Positions 48,000 through 64,000 of a stretch of DNA of 64,000 nucleotides are shown here, one piece after another. The position numbers were made by a program, and so were the translations under genes. How positions within the stretch are numbered: position 1 is the stretch's first letter; each line of letters opens with the position of its first letter. A model generated the notes under the pieces. The model was not told the origin of the DNA, made no database searches, and saw nothing but the letters and a program-made list of their open reading frames with translations. Location of the stretch: assembly GCF_009914755.1 (NCBI RefSeq), contig NC_060941.1; one strand, given 5' to 3'. Source of the DNA: the human T2T-CHM13v2.0 reference genome, Homo sapiens.

Positions 48000-49929
48000 G
48001 ACAGATTATACTTTTGCAGGGAGCCTGGGTGTGCAGCGGCTGAGGCCAGAAAGGCGAAGCCTGAGGGACCTGGGGCTCGGAGCAGAGCTCAGAGACTCCT
48101 CTCTGGTGAGGGCCTCTGCAGGGGCTCAGGCATCCTGGATTCCCTTAAATGCCTAATCTTTATATTGTGTCTCATTGTCTGCCTGGCAAACTCTTATGTA
48201 TTTTTGAAATCATGGCTCAGACATCCCTACTCAGGGGATGTGGTCACCCCGTCCTCAGGCCTGCCTCTTGCCCTCTTGCCATTGATGGCTGCCTGTGACC
48301 CGCATGCTGGCTGTAGTGGCTGTCTGTTTCTCTATCTCAGAGGGAGGGGCCATCCTGGGGCCAGGCCTGGGGACTGCTGACCAAATGTTGCTTGGATAGA
48401 ACAAGGTGACCGTGGGAGACCAGAGCTTGTCTCCACCACGCATCTGCCCACTCAGGCTTGTAAGTCTGAGCTGGGTGCTCACATGGGGCCTCATTTTTGA
48501 GGAGGGCTTGGTGAGAGGTCTGGGTGCACCCAGAGCTCAGTGTTTCTTATGCATCCTGTCTGCCCATTTGAGTCATCTCAGTAGCTTCTAAAAATCCAAA
48601 TGCTCAGGCCCACCCCAGAATCTGTGTGTATGCAGAGGACAGCATCAGTATTTTACTAAAATCCCTAAGAGCTTCCCAAGAAGAACCATGGTTGAGAACC
48701 ACTAGTCTGGTGCCCCCTGGCCCAGGGTGCATGAATACCACTCAGTCTAAGACACTTGAAAGCTCCATGTCTTAGATAATCAGGATGGAGATTATGGGCC
48801 ACTCTAATCTGGTTGTGTTTCTGAGCCCCTGAATTGGACATTTATCCAGAACCTGTTAGAAGTGGTCACTGAACTCCAGTGTGCAGAGATGCAGATAAAC
48901 TGCAAAGTCCCTGCCAGCCTGAGGTCCTGTGGGTCCCTTGATCCTTGTGACCTCTCTTCAATCCCTAGTTAGTGATGGAGCACACCCTCTGTGTGTCAGG
49001 CTTGGATCTCGGGGATGGGCAGCAAAGCAGACCCAGCCGATGTTCTCATGGAGCACATGCTTTGGCAAGGGGGACAGATGCAGTCTCACATGCACACAAG
49101 CGGCATGAGTGCCCTGAGAAGGGTTTTCAGCTGGGTTTAGAGTGGGAACTGCATGGCGGGCTGGCATAGAGGCTGCAGAGTGGGGGCTGGGCCTTCCCAG
49201 CAAGTGCCCCACATACAGTATGTCAGGGGAGCCAGTTTGTTCGAGATGTGATGCTGCCCTCAGCTTGACCCAGTGGCTAGGAGGTGACCACCAACACTCA
49301 GACCCCCTTTGCTGTGTTGTTCACCTCAGAAGCTCAACCCTTTGCTCTGGCACGCACAGTGGCTGCCTCTGGTGCCCACCTCATAGTCCCAGTTAACACA
49401 GCCCAGGGAATAGAGAGAGTGGATTTCTCTGTAGCTCCAGTACCATTTCTGGGATTTAGGGATGGGGGACTGGAGTTGGGGACACTTTGCAGATTGACTT
49501 TAACCAGTGAGAACCCTTTTCTGTTGCCAGGGCAGGATCTGTCCCTTTTGAGACTGACTGGAAGTGGGTGAGGGGAGAATTCTTCCAAGGAGAACCAGGG
49601 CATCCTTGCAGGAGAAAGCAGGAGTGGGGGATAGAAGTAACCGGGGCATGTCCCCTGACAGAGGCAAGTGGGAAGGGATAGTAGCTGGGGAGTGAGATAT
49701 TGTGCAGGGGAGATGATGCATGGTCAGGGCTGCAGGGAAAGCGAGGCTCCAGTCTGTTATCCAGGCACAGCTGGGCTGCTGAGCATGGGCAGTGAGGAAG
49801 GCATGTTGACTCCCCCAGGCTCCACAGGGGGCCAGAATCAGCCTGGCACTTGGCCCCAGGTCTCCCGTGTCCTCTGTGTTGTGTCACCGCAGTCCTGAAG
49901 TCACACCACAGCTCTTCGGCTTGCAGTCA

Positions 49930-50804
<875 letters not shown>

Positions 50805-51399
50805 GGTAGTGGCTGGTGTGGCTTAATAGGCCCTTACTAAAGCTATTCAGCATTTCAGAGACGAGAAGGCATGAAGCTACATGTAGGATGCCTAGCAGTT
50901 GGTTCATCTTTTTGAAAGCCAAGGAGTCTCCTCTTCACCTGTCCATCCTTGAGCAGCAGAGCTGGGGCTTTTAAGAGAAGCATTTGTAGAATTCAGAGTA
51001 GGAATGAGGGAAGAGACTAGTTGTCTCGGAGGCTCAGGGGAGCATTCCCTGGTCTTCTGAGATTGACACATCACTGCCACCTTCTGCTGCCTTTCTCTAG
51101 GCCTCAGAGCTCAGCCAGGCTGTCACAAGCTTGCTGGGTGCCACCCTAATGTCTGGTGCCAGGGCTGAAGGTAGCCCTCACTCCAGGGAGTTTACAGTGC
51201 ATGAGAGACTCATAGTTAAATAATAGTTATGGTGCTGTATGATAAGTGATCTAAAAGTCAAGGGGGGGATTCCAGAGGAGTCAGAGAAGGCAGGAAGAGA
51301 AAATAAGAGGGCCGGAGAGGCCCAGAAGATGCCAGGCATTTGGGAAGCAGTTGGGAATCAGTGTGGCTGGGGGTAAACACGGGAGCAGAGTGAGGACAC

Positions 51400-55950
<4,551 letters not shown>

Positions 55951-56757
55951 TGCTCCGCGAGAAGGAAGGAGATGTTGGTTTTATTTTATATGTACTCATG
56001 TATACACAAATCTGTGTCTATACATAAAGATGCACATCACAGCGTTGACACTTAACATTAGATGCACTCAGATGTTTTAGTTTTTTTGTGTGTGTTTTTT
56101 CTTTTTTAAAAAATTTTTTTCTCTGTTTTTTAAAGCCAGTTGTGACCCACTAAATTGATTTTGTCACTCCCTGTTTGAAAGTGTTTTATTGCTTAAGTTG
56201 GGTGGTAAGTATGTAGCTGTTTGTTTTATTCCTTTTTATACAGGACTCATCCATTTATATATGCTTCTGTCAGAAAGCAGAAACCACTCAAAGCACATGG
56301 GGAGAGGATGCCTCTGTGCCTCTACAGAGCCTGGGCCGAGGTGGGAGGGCTGCCTGGGGCCCCTTGTCTGAGGAGGGAGCCTGGATTCTGTGGGGAGATA
56401 GGTTTGTTTCAGATAGTCCATCGAAGTGGGGTTGAGCTCAGGAGCCCTTTGCAAGCCCCCTGTATGGTGGGGAGCTTGGAGAGAACCTCTTTCAGCTGCT
56501 TCCTCTGGTCATTACTAGAGGACAGGGAGAGGTTATCCTGGGACATCCTGGCCTAGCATGCTTCCTTACCAGGGTTGTTGGCCCTGGGCCCCAGCTGTGT
56601 CCCTCTTTGCTGGCGTGGGACAGTACCCTTTCGATGGCTGTCTCACCTGGCACAGGGCATAGACCCTGGTGTGGCTGGCAGTATCCTTTTCCCTTCTCAC
56701 CCCAGCTGCCCAGACCCTCTGAAGGCATTTCTGAGCCCTGACCCTGCCTTCCAACAG

Positions 56758-56934
56758 GTACCAAGCCAGCTGCCTCCATTGACCCATGGGGGGTGCCCAC
56801 TGGAGCCACCGCACAATCTGTCCCCAAGAACTCGGACCCCTGGGCAGCTTCACAGCAGCCTGCCTCCAGTGCTGGGAAAAGAGCTTCTGACGCGTGGGGC
56901 GCAGTCTCCACCACCAAGCCCGTGTCTGTCTCTG
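56758..56934 (+). CDS. EPN2: Epsin 2 exon 8: DPW repeats
   Basis: ccttccaacag|gtacca ... tctg|gtgagc; TKPAASIDPWGVP...SDPWAASQQ...DAWGAVS. Confidence 0.96.
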
Positions 56935-57607
56935 GTGAGCCCCTCACTCACCCACTTTCCTGCCTGGCCTCTGAGCGCCCACGGGCCCTGCAGCCGCTCC
57001 TGGCTCCTAGGCATCAGCCCTGTTGCTTTGCTTGCATTTGCTCCCCTCCTCCCCCTTAGCCTTTGTTCCTGATCCCCAGATCCCAGGTGCCCCAGTGTGA
57101 GAGTGAGTGAGTGCGAGTTCCCAGGCTTTGTGCGCTGGTACCTCCCTCCAAATTGAGGGGGCTTCCACCTGGGTGTTGAGAGAGAAGACTGCCCTGGGCC
57201 CACAGCCTGTGGGTCCTGTCCTCACCCCTGGGGGGCTGGGCAGGCTGGCCTCCAGGCACTCCTTCTGGTGACTTCCTACAGACCCTCATCCAAGCAACCA
57301 GACCCAGCTTGATGCACCTCCACCACTGCCAGCACCCCTTTGCCTTTTGGGGTGAGGGTGTTAGAAGCAGTAGCAGGTGGGCATCCCACACCCTGTCCTG
57401 GGAGGCCAGGCTCCCTGTCTCCCCTCCCAGCGTGCTGGTGACCCCAGGCTGTCTTGCCTCTTTGGCTCTCAGAATTCTCCTCCATGAGGTAGGGTAAGCG
57501 GGGAGAGGCCCCTGTTGCCAGCCCATCCTGAGGGTGTGCACTGGGCAGTGGAGTTGCCATGAAGTCCTGTGAGATGCCCCCAGTCATTGGCTTCTGTGTC
57601 CACCCAG

Positions 57608-57694
57608 GGTCCTTTGAGCTCTTCAGTAATCTGAATGGTACAATTAAAGATGACTTTTCTGAATTTGACAACCTTCGGACTTCAAAAAAAACAG
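57608..57694 (+). CDS. EPN2: Epsin 2 exon 9: AP-2 beta-appendage motif DDFSEFDNLR
   Basis: gtccacccag|ggtcc ... aaaacag|gtatgt; 87 nt, SFELFSNLNGTIKDDFSEFDNLRTSKKT. Confidence 0.95.
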
Positions 57695-58760
57695 GTATGT
57701 ACAGGTGATGATGGTTTCCATAATCCTCCGTGCATTTGACCAGCTGAGTTATTGCAGAAATAATAACCAGCTTTCAAAACCCTTCAGCTTCCTGCATTTT
57801 CTTTGTATTTTGATCTTGGGAGCCTGAAGCTTCTAATTCTAAGAATTCATACATCAATAGTTAAAAATCACAAGGTAGAGTCCCCCAGGACTATGTCTCC
57901 AGGTTAGGATCCCCAAAGCTTCCTGCAGATTCCACAGCCCCGGCCTCCTCAGCTCAGAGTGGGCCTCACCTCTGGCCTGATCCAGCATTTCCATTCACCC
58001 TCCTCCTGCCAATTTCCACTCCTCAGAGGGCCTCCTTTTCCCAGACAACCACCTTTGGGCATCAGTGGGGCCAGCCTCTGCCCTGTGTTGTCACCTCCCA
58101 GGTGACCGCTCCAGCCCAGCAGACCCACAGTCCAGTCTCCAGACCTGTTTTCCTTCCCTGTGTGCCTCTGGGATGGAAGGATATCAGGTGGATGCAGTGG
58201 GCCAAGTGGCCAGTGGGCCAAGGTGGGCCTGGAGGGGTGGAGGGAGAAGGCCTGGGATGCATTCTTCACACACCCTGTTTGGACTGGGGTGTGACAGCCT
58301 CTGTCCATCTCTGGGCCACATCTCCCAGCCACACATGGCAACTTCTCTCTTTTTTTCTTTCCTGTCTTGGCTTCTGCTGCTTGCCTCCCCCAATTTCCCT
58401 ACCACCTCTATCCCAGTCTCTTCTTTTTCTCCCTTCTCTTTTATCCCTCCCTACCAACTGTAGCCACAAGCCTGGCTAGGCCCTGGTGTGAGGTACAAGC
58501 AGCCTGGCACCGTTGACCCTGCTCGACCCCCTTGACCTCCTCTAACCCCTCTCAGTTCAAGAGCTCCCAGCTGAGAGACCAGAGGCAGCTTTGAGAATGT
58601 GCTGCTTTTTTGGGTCTTTCCTTTGCTGCATTAATAAGATTCCATGTGTCTTCTCTGTAGGCCAAAGTATAGCCTAACCTGTCCTTGACTCCTGCTCCGT
58701 GCCTCAGTGAGAAGGCAGCGTGGCCATTGTTACATGTCAGCTTTTGAAACATTTATCCCC

Positions 58761-59071
58761 TGCCGGTGCAGTGGCTCACACCTGCAATCCCAGCACTTTG
58801 AGAGGGCCAGCGTGGGAGGATTGCTTAAGCCCAGGAGTTTCAGACCAGCCTAGGCAACATAGTGAGACCCCCGTCTCTACAAAAAAATTAAAAAATTAGC
58901 CAGATGTGGTCGTGTGCACCTGCCTGTGGTCCCAGCTACTCAAGAGGCTAAGGCGGGAGGATCCCTTGAGCCCAGGAGATTGAGACTGCAGTGAGCCTTG
59001 ATCGATCGCCCAGGCTGGAGTGCACTGGTGTTATTGGTGTTTTGTTTTTTTGTTTTGTTTTGTTTTGAGTC
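58761..59071 (+). mobile_element. AluJ-like with inverted 3' end
   Basis: Sense Alu to about 59003, then reverse-complement Alu end and T-rich tail. Confidence 0.85.
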
Positions 59072-59899
59072 TTTTTTGCTCAGCTCATATTGTCAGATAG
59101 AGTTGTCCTGCCCCTTGCCTCAACTTTTGTGGATTAACAGATTGAAAACATCTTCTCATGACTTTAAAACTTGTTAAAAAATACTTTGTTGCTATATAAT
59201 CTCTCTTTGTATGGCTCAGCAACAATTCAATAATTTGGGGGAGGACATTTTAGGTTGATTTCAGGTTTTGCTACTGTAAATGATGCTGTTGTGAAACTCT
59301 TTGTGCTTATAACCTTGTTCACATTTTACATTATTTGCTTAGACCAGATTCCTAGAAATGGGGTTACTAAGTGAGAGAATGACTGTTGTTAAGAATTCCT
59401 GTACCGTGAAGCATCCCGTCGTGGCAATCACATTCCTACCGGCCTGGCTCAGCACAGCCTGTGTTGCCTCTATGGGCTGAATTTTAAAAGACACAATTTG
59501 CTTTCTTTTTACTATCAAGAAGTTCATGTTTATTGTGGAAAATTTAGTAAATGGAAAATGTAAGAAAAAAAAAAAAAAGTAAATTGCCCATGCCTAGCTT
59601 CCAACCCAAAATGACATCTTGGTATTCTGGAGGAATGAGCTATACACACTCTTTTATAACCTGCTTTAGTATTTTGATAAAGCTTTCTTTGCTTATCATT
59701 AGGTATTCTTCTGTTCCTGCATGCTGGTGTTTCGTTATGTGGACACTTGATTTATCTAACCCAGCCCATGACTGGCTGTGTGTCGTCACGTGGCGCTGTC
59801 AGGCAGGCATGTCCCCAGGAGGCCATGTTTTGTGTTAAGTACACAGTCTTAGGCTCTCCCTGCCACACTCACCCTGCCATATGTGTCCTTGTCTTGTAG

Positions 59900-60115
59900 C
59901 CGAATCTGTGACCTCTCTGCCATCCCAAAACAATGGAACTACCAGCCCTGACCCCTTTGAGTCTCAACCCCTGACTGTCGCCTCAAGCAAGCCCAGCAGT
60001 GCCCGGAAAACACCTGAGTCCTTCCTGGGCCCCAACGCGGCCCTGGTGAACCTGGACTCACTGGTGACCAGGCCTGCCCCACCAGCCCAGTCCCTCAACC
60101 CTTTCCTGGCACCAG
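59900..60115 (+). CDS. EPN2: Epsin 2 exon 10: clathrin box LVNLD and first NPF
   Basis: gtcttgtag|ccgaat ... accag|gtaggc; [21 protein letters not shown]...LNPFLAP. Confidence 0.97.
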
Positions 60116-62002
60116 GTAGGCTCTCATCCCAGGCTTCATCCATTGCCTGCTGTGCCTGGGAATGGGTGTGCAGCAGGCCTCTTGGGGGCTCTTCCCACTG
60201 TGTGACGGGGAAGGGGTGGGACTAGCTGGAATCTCTAGATGATTACGTATGCCCTCGCCAGTGCTGCATGGGGTGGGGTGTGGAAGCCGTTGTCAGTTAT
60301 GTGGGGAGTGTATGGGTAGGAAATAGCTCCTCTCCTCTCAGTTGAGACTACCAAGCAGAAACTGTCCCTGACTTGGTGCCCCCCCAGTTGTGAGACCCTC
60401 GAGGGAATGTCAGTTCTAAGACAGGTGGAGTAGGGTGGGCTGCTGGGGGTGAGGAAGAGCCAGGGTTTGGCGTGTAGCATTCCTCTCTCGGGAAAAATGT
60501 AACTTAGCCCTTGGGTACAAGCCTTCCTCCAGGTCCCTTGCTTCCACTCCTGGTGCCAGAGTCTGCCCCCTGCCCTCAGGGCTCAATGTTGGCTGCCGGC
60601 CAAGCCCCCAGCTGTTCAATTGGGTATCCAGGGCCATTATGGCCTGGTCCCACCCTCCTCTTCCCTTCCTGTGTGCATGAAACCCTTGTGACATCCAGCC
60701 CCTTGGCGCCCCTCAGCCTGTAGAGCCCTTCCTTAAGCCCAGGCTGTTACACACTCAGTTTCCCCTGCCTGGAATGTCCTCCCTCCTCTTCCCTAATGAA
60801 AGCATCTTCCTCATCCTTTGACACCTAGCTCAGATGACTCCCTTCTAGGAAGTCCACCCAGCCCCCTTCCTCACGGGGTTTCCCCAAAGCCTTGGGCTTC
60901 CCCCAGGGCAGGAATGTGTCACCCTCAGGTGTTCAGCCCCAGGCTGGCCCCACCATGTAGGGATCTGAGGATCTTGGGCCACCGTCCCTGACAGTACCTT
61001 GCAGAGGAGAATTACCACTGAACTTACAGAGGCTGAGGTTGGGGACCCTTGGGCAGAGGTGAGGTGTGTGGAGTTACTGGGTCCTGGCCAACCCTGAGGT
61101 CCTGAGATGGGTGAGGACATGGCTGCCCCCAGGGGAGGTGTTTCCCTGGGTGGAACTAGATTAGTTTCCAGCCTCCTCAGCCAGCCAGGAGTCTGTGTCT
61201 GCCCCAGGAGGCCTTATGCCTCTTCTGCCCAGAGAGCCCTTGAAGGCCCTGCAGGAGCTCCAGTGGTCATCTGTGTCTGTCAGCTCTTGGTGGGCACCTG
61301 GCTGGAGGCCTGAGGCAGCTTTGTTGGCTGCACACCAGTCATGGTTCCTGGGGGCTGCAGCCAAGATGGAGGAGGTTTGGGCAACTCTGCTGGACATACA
61401 GGGCCATTCTCCAGGCCACACAGGGTAGGGCCAGGCTGCATGGGAGAGTTGGTGCCAGCAGCGCACACACTTTTGCAAAGAAAAGGCTTTCTGGTATGAG
61501 GTAAATTCTGGAGACACTGGGAAAGACAAAGCTGCATCAACTTCTTGACTGCAGGATTTCTAGCCTTCGCGGTGTCATATGTGGATCCCTGGGTGCATTG
61601 TGGGCACTGCCACATGAGCCACACACTGCCAGTCCCATGTCCCTTTCAGCAAACAAAATGAGGGAGCAGTGGTAGCTGATGGCTGGTTAAGGTGTCCTGG
61701 GTGCCAGCACTGCAGAGGAGCCAGGGTGCCCCGAGATGGGTGTGTTCCTGGCATGGCCTTGTTCAGCTTTGTGACGCTGGACAAATCACTTGGCTTCTCA
61801 CAGCCTCAATCTCCTCATCCTTAAAGTGCAGATTCATGCAGTCAGCAGATATTTGCTAGTGTCTGCCATGGACTCGGCCGGCACTGTCACGGGCTCTGAG
61901 GGCACAGCAGGGACCAGAACACCCGCATGCAGTCCCTGACCTGGGAGCTCAGAAAGCCACACCCTGACGGCTCAGCCTCTGCCCCTCCTTCTGTCTCCCC
62001 AG

Positions 62003-62301
62003 GTGCTCCCGCCACCTCGGCCCCTGTTAACCCTTTCCAGGTGAACCAGCCCCAGCCGCTGACACTGAACCAGCTTCGGGGGAGCCCAGTCCTGGGGACC
62101 AGCACATCCTTTGGGCCTGGCCCAGGAGTGGAGTCCATGGCTGTGGCCTCGATGACCTCCGCGGCCCCACAGCCAGCTCTGGGGGCCACTGGTTCCTCTC
62201 TGACACCACTGGGCCCTGCAATGATGAACATGGTGGGCAGTGTGGGTATACCCCCATCAGCAGCCCAGGCCACTGGCACAACCAACCCTTTCCTTCTCTA
62301 G
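62003..62301 (+). CDS. EPN2: Epsin 2 last coding exon: two NPF motifs and stop
   Basis: tctccccag|gtgctc; VNPFQVNQPQPLTLNQLR...GTTNPFLL, TAG ends at 62301. Confidence 0.98.
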
Positions 62302-64000
62302 TGCCTGGGCCTGGGACCCACCCAGAGCACCTGTGCTGGAGGATGCCGAGCAGGGACTCTCGTCTGTGGGACGGGATCCAAGAGTTTGGGGATTAGGGGT
62401 ATTAGGGCTTTTCAGCTCCAGCTTCCTGATGAAAGGGCTGTCTTTACAGCCCCAACCCTCAGACCCTCGCCTTCCAAGGCAGGCCCCTCAGCCTGGCCTG
62501 CTCTCACCACCTCCTCCAAAGCACTGAGGTCCTGGCAGGGCTCCTCTGAGGCCTTGGACGAGGACGTGGAGTCATCAGTGTTGCCCTTGCCCCTAACCTC
62601 AGCCCGAGGGTCTCCAGGATGTTGCCTGGCCCAGGACTTGGGACAGTGGCCTTGTCTTTGTCCTCCCCACCCCCCAGCCCTAGGGACACCCCAGGCAGTC
62701 CTGGGTGTGGACACGATGAAGCACCGGCTCCATAAGACACCTTTTGGGGAAGTGGTTGTGCATATTTTATTTTTCTTTGACTCGTGTGAGTTCAAAGTAA
62801 ACACCACCACCGTGGACAACTCTTGAATTAAATCCACTAGAGCGAGCTTTAAAACTAATCTGAGCATAACCCCCAACGTGGCTCTATGCTTGTGTACCTT
62901 TGCACATATTTTGTTTAGTACAGTTTCATATTTGAGTTTGCAGAATTATCTAATAGTCTTTTTTTGGCTAATATTTTTATAACGTGGTTCTTATTTAACT
63001 GTCTAGTTTTGATAGAATTTACCAGGTCTGGCTGAATGAAGATGTTGGCACGTGTCATTTTAGTGGTTTAAATCCTCTTATTTATGGTTTTAACTCTAAG
63101 AAAATTTTAAAAGGAAGAGATGTTTGGATGACAAAAAAATGCCTTATTGAAAAACTAAAGCAAATTCTTTATAGGAAGAAAATATGGGAATTTGATTACA
63201 CATAGATGATGATGTTTATTTAAAAAAAAAACAACAGCAACAAAAAATCCTAGCCTCCAGTTGCCTTTTCCTTTCTTTAGCTCCTGTTTTTGGTGAATTA
63301 CTAAACTGATTGACTTTCAGCCTTTTTGGCTAGATCCTGAGAGGCTATTTTTCTTACGAATATACCAACATCCTGAAAGTTAAAGAAAAAAATCTAATGT
63401 ATGAATGTGACTCACCAATTTTTATCAACTAATTCCTTTTTTTTATTAAAGGCATGCAGGGATTAACAGGACTTCTGTTTACAATGGAAATCTGAAATGG
63501 AAGAAACATCTTTAACCTTGTGTGTCTGTGATCTCCTCTGTCTTAATCCACGCTCAGGCTAAAGATGGGGATAATGTGGAAATGGCAGTTGTCCCGAGGG
63601 CGTGGGGTGGGGGGTGCTTCTGTGCCCACGGGTCCCTGGGCAACAGTCCCTAGGCTAAGACAGGGGTGGGGGGCTAAGGGACCAGGGCTGGCCCTGATCC
63701 ACCTACCTGCTAACTCCAGATATTATTTTTAAGTTGGAGACCTAAAAATAATTCTCTTGTATTTTGGAGATGAAGAAAAAAGTCATTCACCTGGGAGGGA
63801 TTTTTAACAAACATGCACTAATATTACCTCCCTCTTCCAAACTCCTACTGTCCTCACCTCACCCACCACTGTAAAAGTATTACGTCGTGCATTAAAGACC
63901 AGAAAAGACTTGCTTTTACCCAGGGAGGGGACATTCCCCCAATCCTGTGTCTGGGCAGCTTGCCTGGTGGATGTTTCTGGCCCTTTTTCCACCATGGGAA
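62302..64000 (+). other. EPN2: EPN2 3' UTR (probably continues past the window)
   Basis: Follows stop; free of recognisable repeats; AU-rich core 62750-63480; only ATTAAA variants (62827, 63445, 63891), no sense AATAAA seen. Confidence 0.85.

Overview
Human genomic DNA covering most of EPN2 (epsin 2, 17p11.2) on the + strand, from within intron 1 to the 3' UTR. I resolved one non-coding exon (9948-10070) and nine coding exons with GT-AG boundaries. Their coding parts sum to 1926 nt (641 aa + stop): ENTH domain, a 57-aa cassette exon, two UIMs, clathrin boxes, DPW repeats, an AP-2 beta motif and three NPF motifs. The introns are dense in Alu, L1, L2, MIR, LTR and hAT elements. Nearly all ORFs in the supplied track are noise or Alu read-through. 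I see no clear evidence of a wholly new gene system. Three leads stand out: (1) at least five short, non-tandem local duplications plus a double micro-inversion that look like template-switch scars, one datable by the Alu/L1 junction it copied; (2) several routes to an ENTH-only epsin-2 product (a strong cryptic acceptor with a perfect TACTAAC branch point, intron read-through, an in-frame circular exon); (3) a complex 5' UTR with a recursive-splice-like AG|GTAAG site, an L2-derived exon and three uORFs. Exon numbers assume one upstream exon outside the window. Repeat subfamilies and lncRNA names are from memory and need confirmation.
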